Source of the DNA: an uncultured bacterium
Lineage (GTDB): Bacteria; Hydrothermota; UBA3073; NMUJ01; CBEVQO01
NCBI GenBank assembly: GCA_965552055.1
Contig: CBEVQO010000001.1
Coordinates: 32,001-96,000 of the forward strand
Direction: 5' to 3'
Length of the DNA stretch: 64,000 bases
Numbering within the stretch: position 1 is the stretch's first letter; every line of letters starts with the position of its first letter. Of this stretch, positions 57,694 through 64,000 are shown one piece after another. The notes under the pieces were generated by a model, which did no database searches, was not told the DNA's origin, and saw only the letters and a list, made by a program, of their open reading frames with translations. The position numbers and the translations under genes are program-made.

Positions 57694-58319
57694 ACGCCAG
57701 CAGAAGTACCCAAGCGTTCTGCACCCAGTTCTATTAACTTTTTAGCAAATTCAAATGTCCTTATACCACCCGATGCTTTTATCTTTCCCCGCGTTCCTAT
57801 TGCTTCTCTTATCAATTTAACATCTTCTTCTGTTACTCCCCTCTTACCGAAACCCGTACATGTTTTCACAAAATCAGCACCTGCATTTATACACAATTTT
57901 GCCGCAGTTTTTATTTCTTCAGGGGTAAGCAATGGTGTTTCAATTATCACTTTTAAAATTTTATCTTCAATCTCTTTCTTCATCTCCTTTATTTCTCTCT
58001 CCACATATTTGTAATCTTTGTCTTTAAAAGCACCTATATTCATCACCATATCAATTTCCTCTGCACCATCTTCAACTGCTCTTACAGCTTCTTCCACCTT
58101 AATCTGTGTTTTTGATGCTCCAAGCGGGAAACCCACCACACTACATACAAATGTGGGTTCATCAGCGAGAAGGTCGGAAACATATTTCACCCAATAGGGA
58201 TTCACGCAACAACCATAAAACTTATACTTCTTACATTCTTCTATCAACCTGTCTATATCTTCGCGTTTAGCCTCCGGCTTCAACAATGTATGGTCAATGT
58301 ATTTTGCTATGCCCATCAT
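57669..58319 (-). CDS. deoC: Deoxyribose-phosphate aldolase
   Basis: IDHTLLKP, VVGFPLG, EIDMV, KVIIET, FVKTCTGF, KASGGIR. Confidence 0.97.
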   Translation of the reverse strand: MMGIAKYIDHTLLKPEAKREDIDRLIEECKKYKFYGCCVNPYWVKYVSDLLADEPTFVCSVVGFPLGASKTQIKVEEAVRAVEDGAEEIDMVMNIGAFKDKDYKYVEREIKEMKKEIEDKILKVIIETPLLTPEEIKTAAKLCINAGADFVKTCTGFGKRGVTEEDVKLIREAIGTRGKIKASGGIRTFEFAKKLIELGAERLGTSAGVQIVEQEK

Positions 58320-59754
58320 TTTGCCTCTCCTTCAAACCTCCCAGAATGTTTTCAAGTTTTTTACATTCCTCCAGAAATTCTTCTTTCTTCACCAATTTAA
58401 ATCTTCTTTTGAAACTCGCATAAAGAGCTTCGTCCTGTGGTATTTTCCTTAACTCGTTGTATGCTCTTTGTAAAAATAGCTTCGCTAATTTTTTATCTTT
58501 CCATTGTTTCCAAATAGCGGCTGCCATAAACAAATATGTATCTGCCTTGTTATTCGGCAATGTCAAAACATCAAGGTAATTTTCTGTTATTTCTAAAACT
58601 TTTGATTTCTCTTTCTCTTTTTCTATCATCCAACCTGCTTCCATTAAAAGGTCTTCCAGTGTTTTCTCACCTGTCTCCAGTGCAAATTTCCATCTCCATA
58701 ATGTTGCACGCCTTTTATCCACACCAACATCTATAGCTTTTGTCATACATTCGCCTGCCTTATCATAATCGCCCTTATTGTAATGCAAGATGCCGAGGTC
58801 TATCCACAAATCCTCATTCCTTGGCTCTATCGCAAGTGCTTCTTCAAGCAATGACTCTGCTTTCCTCATATAAAGGTCGGGATTAACACCATCAAGTGCC
58901 AGCTGCTGATAGCACACCGAAAGCATAGAAAGAGCTGTTGTAATGCCCTCTCTGCCGAGCAATATCTTTTGCAAAACATCAATCGCTTCCTCTATCTGCA
59001 TCCTGTAAAAATAAGTTCCTGCAATTTCAAGACCGAGCCATGTATTTAAATAATCTCTCTCAAATATCTCCCTGAATCTGCTTCTACGAGAAATAAGGTC
59101 TTTTCGCAATTCATTAACCTGTCCCCAGTAATATAACCCCTGATAATATTTCACTTCATATACAAAATCAGGACGGGATACACCTTTGAAAGTTACTTCG
59201 TAGGGCTCTGACCACGCAACCTTTATCCCGTATCTCACTGCCTCCTGATAAGCGCTCCTACTTGCCATCACAAGCGTATATAAACCTTTATCACCGCCAG
59301 TACCTTCAACTCTTTTTGCAAGATTTATAGCATAGCCCTCCGGACGGGCAGTTTTCTCAAATATATCCTGCAAAATCATAACTTCTCCTGTATTTATCCC
59401 GATTTTTATCTCGGTAGGTCTTTTACCCGATTCTATCCTCGCAGTATTAAAATCACTTATAAGCCAGCGCAATTTAAGCTCCCGTGCAATACCAAGTGCA
59501 AGCATTAATTTCTCACCAAGTGTTAATTCATCAGAATAAATTATTATGCAAACTTCATCGCCCCTTGTCTGATAAAAACAATCTTTAACGCATTTTTTCC
59601 TCCTTTTTAAATGCCTGTTTACAACATCATAAACAAGTCTTTGAAACGGCTCAATTATGTAATCACAGAATTCACGCAAAGATAAATTGTTAGCAAGTTC
59701 CGTAGAATTAACTAAATCCGCAAAAAGTATGACTGCTTCCTTTATTGCACTCAT
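58294..59754 (-). CDS. Class III nucleotide cyclase with C-terminal TPR repeats
   Basis: ILFADLVNST, RGDEV, KIGINTG, GYAINLAKRVE, FKGV; TPR helices. Confidence 0.85.
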   Translation of the reverse strand: MSAIKEAVILFADLVNSTELANNLSLREFCDYIIEPFQRLVYDVVNRHLKRRKKCVKDCFYQTRGDEVCIIIYSDELTLGEKLMLALGIARELKLRWLISDFNTARIESGKRPTEIKIGINTGEVMILQDIFEKTARPEGYAINLAKRVEGTGGDKGLYTLVMASRSAYQEAVRYGIKVAWSEPYEVTFKGVSRPDFVYEVKYYQGLYYWGQVNELRKDLISRRSRFREIFERDYLNTWLGLEIAGTYFYRMQIEEAIDVLQKILLGREGITTALSMLSVCYQQLALDGVNPDLYMRKAESLLEEALAIEPRNEDLWIDLGILHYNKGDYDKAGECMTKAIDVGVDKRRATLWRWKFALETGEKTLEDLLMEAGWMIEKEKEKSKVLEITENYLDVLTLPNNKADTYLFMAAAIWKQWKDKKLAKLFLQRAYNELRKIPQDEALYASFKRRFKLVKKEEFLEECKKLENILGGLKERQNDGHSKIH

Positions 59755-62288
59755 CAGAATATCGGAAAGCCAGCAGATACCGAGAAAGTTCTCTTCTCTT
59801 CGTCAGGCAATTCTATTTTGCCATCACCATCTTTATCGATATATGTTATTCTCCACTCAAATGTTAAGCAAACATTGGGTGATAACGCATACTCTATTCT
59901 TATTCCTTTCAAAGTATTTTCAGAGCGTTTGAATAACTCGAAGGGATGCTTCACCTGTCGTTGAATAAGATACGCTTCTGCAAAGTTTATCCTTTTTATT
60001 TTCTTCGTAAACTTGGCACTTAAGTAAAGGTCACCGTATTTTCCTTCTTTTAAATCATGGAAATACTCTCCTGATAAAATCAGAATGTTACCCACCTTTC
60101 CACTCAAACCAGCAAATATGCCATAAATACCCGGAACATCATCGAGCGTGCTTTCTCTGGTAACAAAATTGACAATGGTATCTCCTGAAGTATCAACTTC
60201 TTCTTTTATCATCACTTTGTTCAACTCATACATTCTATCAAAATATCCAAACTGGAATTTTTCCTGCGTCCATCTTAACTCTGCTTTCGCAGTAATTACG
60301 GGAAGCCTGAGAAGCACACCAACAGGCACTATTCCCATTCCTTTTCCCCATATTTTATCAATCTCGGAATACAACTTGAGTAAAGGTTTCTTTAAAAGCA
60401 CAAATCCTACATCCACACCTGTTAACAAAACCCAGTCTCTTCCGGGTATTCTAAAAGGTGTCCTCACGGTGTCTATCCTTGGGTCCCTTGGTAATCTCAC
60501 GGTATCGCTGTCCTGCACAAAACAATAAAAACTATCACAGGGAAAACCTATTGTATCGCTTTCCAGAATATAATAGTTGTCGAAATAATTATCGTTATCC
60601 CTATCGATGTCTATTTTATCAGGGATCCCATCTTTATCCGAATCTTTATAATATTTTTCATCTTCGGGAAAGGCGTCAACGATGTCTGGAAAACCATCTC
60701 CATCGGCATCCGAAAGTGCAGAATATTGGTTTATATCACCCGCAATCGTTACTCCGACTCTCAAATTCTTAAGTAAAAGAGGATAAGAAATCCTTAAAGC
60801 AAAAAAGGAAGGATTGCCAAGGTCACCTACTGTAAATTTCCAGAAAAGTCCCTTTTGTAAACCGCCAAAAAGAAGACCTGTCCTTTTCACATCAGGATAA
60901 TCTTCGCAGTTAGAATAATCGTTCACAATTAAACCTGCTCCATAACTTACAGAAGGAAGAGCACCTATTTGGAAGAAAATTTTTTCCCTCTCTTCACCGT
61001 ATCTTACATAATATATTTTATTAGTATAAGTGCTCAATTTCTTCCAATCCCAGTCTTCTTTTCTGATGTGTCCTTCCTTATCAAAATAAAGAGGAATATC
61101 AAGTGCTATTTTAAATTTACCGAAAGGAATAACTGGATGCAATCTTATCGATTGATACAACTCACCTTCGATTAATGCAGAGCCCACCTGTGCATCCATA
61201 GAAAAAGGTCTCTTTGCGGGAGCTTTTCCAACTTTTTCTTCTTTTTTCTCTTCAATCTTTCCTTCAATCTTTCCTTCTTCAATTTCTCTTTCTTCTTTCT
61301 TTTTCTCTTTCTTCTTAATCTTTAAGCCCAATTTTCTTTTTATGTAATTTATCTCTGATGCTTTCATTTTCACAGGTGGTGTCGGTGCTTCTCCCTTTCT
61401 CACCGTTGTTTTCTCACCCGGTTTTAGAATAACAGAAGGTCTGCCCGGTATTTTCATTGCTATAACTTCTACTTTGCCTTCAACAACACCCACAACTGTC
61501 TTCTGGTCGGCTCCTACTTTTGTCATAAAAATAGTGCCCCTTACACCTGCGACCGCAATTTCAGAGCGTATTTCGAACAAATCCCTCCCTTCTTTAAATT
61601 TCTTAACATGAGATATAACTTTTCCAAGTAAATTCTTAAAATTAACAGTTTGTGCACCTGTTGATGTATCATAGATTAAAACATTCAATTTAAGTCTTGT
61701 ATTTTCCAGTAATTTTACAACATCGCCATTCGGAAGTGTAATTTCTGCTTCGGATTCAATACTCGTCATAACTTCATCACCCATTTTAAGTCCCATATTC
61801 AGTTTCGCAGGTTGCCATTTCTCTTCACCTGCTCTCTTAACCTTCACATCACCCAGTATGAAAGTAAGTTTTGCTATTGAGCGGACAGATGGAGATTTAG
61901 ATGAAGATTTTACACCGCTTTCTTTGCCCTTCTTTCTGATGCCCGAAGCAACAATCCTGGCACTATCGGGAAGCATCTCATCCCTTCCTTTGCTTAGTAT
62001 TTTTATCATTTTTTTAATGGTAGATTCCGAGACATTTCTTTTAAGAGAATCGATAAGCTCTTTTGTGATTTCAACCTCTTTATTTTCCCCGATTTTTATT
62101 ATCCTTTCACCATATTTCAACTCGGCTTCCGATTCTTTATATGTCCTTATTTTATCCCCCACCATCAATGACATCCCTATTTTTGCTGGAATCACTTTGC
62201 CTGACTTCTCAACCTCCACCTTACCCAATACGAAATGTATACGCAAAACAGGCTCCACCACAAGCAAAAATATCAACAGCCCAGCCAT
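59754..62288 (-). CDS. Tandem FecR-domain protein fused to a probable beta-barrel with TSP3-like Ca-binding repeats
   Basis: Two G.V.V...L..GD.I.T...S.A.. units, AVAGVRGT; DADGDGFPDIVDAFP and DSDKDGIPD; C-terminal Phe; GGAGG-N5-ATG 62288. Confidence 0.75.
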   Translation of the reverse strand: MAGLLIFLLVVEPVLRIHFVLGKVEVEKSGKVIPAKIGMSLMVGDKIRTYKESEAELKYGERIIKIGENKEVEITKELIDSLKRNVSESTIKKMIKILSKGRDEMLPDSARIVASGIRKKGKESGVKSSSKSPSVRSIAKLTFILGDVKVKRAGEEKWQPAKLNMGLKMGDEVMTSIESEAEITLPNGDVVKLLENTRLKLNVLIYDTSTGAQTVNFKNLLGKVISHVKKFKEGRDLFEIRSEIAVAGVRGTIFMTKVGADQKTVVGVVEGKVEVIAMKIPGRPSVILKPGEKTTVRKGEAPTPPVKMKASEINYIKRKLGLKIKKKEKKKEEREIEEGKIEGKIEEKKEEKVGKAPAKRPFSMDAQVGSALIEGELYQSIRLHPVIPFGKFKIALDIPLYFDKEGHIRKEDWDWKKLSTYTNKIYYVRYGEEREKIFFQIGALPSVSYGAGLIVNDYSNCEDYPDVKRTGLLFGGLQKGLFWKFTVGDLGNPSFFALRISYPLLLKNLRVGVTIAGDINQYSALSDADGDGFPDIVDAFPEDEKYYKDSDKDGIPDKIDIDRDNDNYFDNYYILESDTIGFPCDSFYCFVQDSDTVRLPRDPRIDTVRTPFRIPGRDWVLLTGVDVGFVLLKKPLLKLYSEIDKIWGKGMGIVPVGVLLRLPVITAKAELRWTQEKFQFGYFDRMYELNKVMIKEEVDTSGDTIVNFVTRESTLDDVPGIYGIFAGLSGKVGNILILSGEYFHDLKEGKYGDLYLSAKFTKKIKRINFAEAYLIQRQVKHPFELFKRSENTLKGIRIEYALSPNVCLTFEWRITYIDKDGDGKIELPDEEKRTFSVSAGFPIF

Positions 62289-62307
62289 AATACCCTCCGA
62301 TTTATTA

Positions 62308-62381
62308 TTTATAAGCAATAAAAGAATTTGTCAAGTATAACATCCAAATTTTTGTTGACAAATTAGCTTTTTATTTAAAAT
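62308..62381. promoter_or_regulatory. Divergent promoters: minus TTGACA-N15-TATAAA; plus TTGACA-N15-TAAAAT
   Basis: TGTCAA 62329-62334, TTGACA 62355-62360. Confidence 0.7.
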
Positions 62382-62399
62382 TTATAATCGGGAGGGGGT

Positions 62400-63947
62400 A
62401 TGAGATTTTTGATTGCATTCTTATTGAGCAGTGCATTAATAGCGCAGGAGACGGGTATCAGACGATATGAACGCAAGTCAATATCGTATGTCGATGTGCT
62501 ACTGATAACAGACCTTGCTCTCGGTGTAAAGGAAAAAGAGGCAAAATACATAATGAGCAGAATAAGGAAATACATAGAATTAAAAAGATTCGATTACAAC
62601 CCAATCCCTGAATGGGCACTTCATAATTTAAAGAGAGAATTAGCAAAAAGAAAAAGGGTATCACTCGAAGAATTCAGGTCTCTTATAGAAAAATATCTCT
62701 TACCTGAAATCAAAAAGGTGCTTGATGCTGCAGCAGAAGTTAGAGCTGCCAAACTTGTATCCGAATCTGAGCGCCAATCTTTCATCGCAACAAAGGCAAA
62801 GGAACTCGGTGTATCTGCAGAAGAAATAGAAAAGGTGCTTAACGCTGCTTATATCTATGTGCCTGCACTTTTCTTCTACGATAAAAAAATAGAAGAAACA
62901 AAAAAAGGCGAAAAATACTGGGATTGCACCGTGGGACTCGCAACAATATGGTTCCATGTAAATTATAGAGGTAAAGAAGCAAAGATAGAGTATTTTAAAA
63001 CATTAAAGACAACATCTTTTGGTATGGCAAGTTTAAAGGAAAAGAATCTGCGCTGGCATGGTAAGAGAGTTACCCCCGAAGAATTCGCATATTATTCGGC
63101 AGTTGATAACGCATGCAGAAACCTGAGGAGAGCGTTGAGGGCTTTGCGACCTTTTAAACTCTGTGCCCCTATTATTGAAAAAATCGGAAATTCACTGGGA
63201 TTTGAACTTGGTAAGGAAGAAGGAGTTAGAATAGATTACAGATTTAAAATTTATGAAGAAAGGGCAACGCCTAAGGGCTCAAAAGAAGTTTGTGTTGGCT
63301 TTTGCAAAGTTCGTCGTGTAAAAAAGAATATGTGTTATGCACAGAAAATCTGGGGTACAGCGGATTACGGTATGATGGCGATTGAGCATCCTCGTCTCGG
63401 TATTGACCTCGTTTTGAGCACAGGATATTACGGAATGAAAGCATCCGGGCGGGATATCGAAGGAAATGGTGCTTTGCCATTTGGAATATCCTTTGCATAC
63501 GACTGGGGAATGATTTTTAACCTACCATTATTCAGTGAATTATGGGGAAGCATTGATTTTGCCTATGGACCTTCTCTTATCAAATATTATGGTGAGCAGT
63601 TAAACTCTTTCTTATTCGGATTATCTCTTTATAAGAAATTTTATTTAGGACCTTTTGCATTTTCTGGTGGAGGGAGTTTTGGCTTAATAAGTTGTGGTAA
63701 AGGCGATAACTCTGCAACAGGCGTAGGATTTTCTTCTTTCATCAACCCAGAATTTGTAATTCATCCCGATTTCATAATCGGTTTAAAACTGCTTTATAAT
63801 TTTTACCCGGAGGAAGAAATCGATATTTACAATAAGATTGATTTTTCAGGAGCAGGTATAATTCTTTATCTTGATTATGCTTTGCCTTCTTTGCCATTTG
63901 ACCCATGGGCAATATTACAGGGTCTTGGCATAATACCATCAATGTAA
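62400..63947 (+). CDS. Exported hypothetical protein with possible small C-terminal beta-barrel
   Basis: SD, signal peptide, 515-aa ORF, Gly/aromatic strands at the C-terminus. Confidence 0.6.
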   Translation: MRFLIAFLLSSALIAQETGIRRYERKSISYVDVLLITDLALGVKEKEAKYIMSRIRKYIELKRFDYNPIPEWALHNLKRELAKRKRVSLEEFRSLIEKYLLPEIKKVLDAAAEVRAAKLVSESERQSFIATKAKELGVSAEEIEKVLNAAYIYVPALFFYDKKIEETKKGEKYWDCTVGLATIWFHVNYRGKEAKIEYFKTLKTTSFGMASLKEKNLRWHGKRVTPEEFAYYSAVDNACRNLRRALRALRPFKLCAPIIEKIGNSLGFELGKEEGVRIDYRFKIYEERATPKGSKEVCVGFCKVRRVKKNMCYAQKIWGTADYGMMAIEHPRLGIDLVLSTGYYGMKASGRDIEGNGALPFGISFAYDWGMIFNLPLFSELWGSIDFAYGPSLIKYYGEQLNSFLFGLSLYKKFYLGPFAFSGGGSFGLISCGKGDNSATGVGFSSFINPEFVIHPDFIIGLKLLYNFYPEEEIDIYNKIDFSGAGIILYLDYALPSLPFDPWAILQGLGIIPSM

Positions 63948-63956
63948 GGAGGGGTT

Positions 63957-64000
63957 ATGCGTAGACTTCCTTTCATCATAGGTGTATGTTTGTTTTTGTG
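63957..64000 (+). CDS. Partial CDS (signal-peptide-like start), runs off the window
   Basis: AAGGAGGGG-tt-ATG; MRRLPFIIGVCLFL. Confidence 0.6.
   Translation, partial: MRRLPFIIGVCLFL

Overview
A 64 kb, low-GC, gene-dense bacterial chromosomal segment with about 55 CDS, rnpB and tRNA-Glu(TTC). No transposase, integrase, prophage, rRNA or CRISPR array is visible. Housekeeping genes (folK, panC, lepB, gatB, tgt, dut, lon, era, pyrRB, tmk, mrdA, nadC, ribBA, lipA, deoC) are mixed with T9SS-type exported proteins (a C25 peptidase and a PorV-like barrel), an orphan V/A-type ATPase A subunit, a degenerate GspG/PilMNOP cluster, two class III nucleotide cyclases, a glycosyltransferase-sulfotransferase pair and an AbiEii-type TA pair. 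This content suggests an FCB-related candidate lineage such as WOR-3, which is inference only. The most striking signal is non-coding. At 16 of the 17 transcription-unit heads with a recognisable TTGACA-type -35, a TAnnnT (10 cases) or a near match (6 cases) follows after a 15-bp spacer rather than the canonical 17. Several of these promoters end 5 nt before a start codon that has no SD (leaderless). Other highlights are a 274-nt RNase P RNA apparently lacking P6/P16/P17/P18, a lepB that probably starts at ATT, and two G-quadruplex/hairpin elements just upstream of promoters. All protein calls come from motif recognition by eye; no database searches were run.
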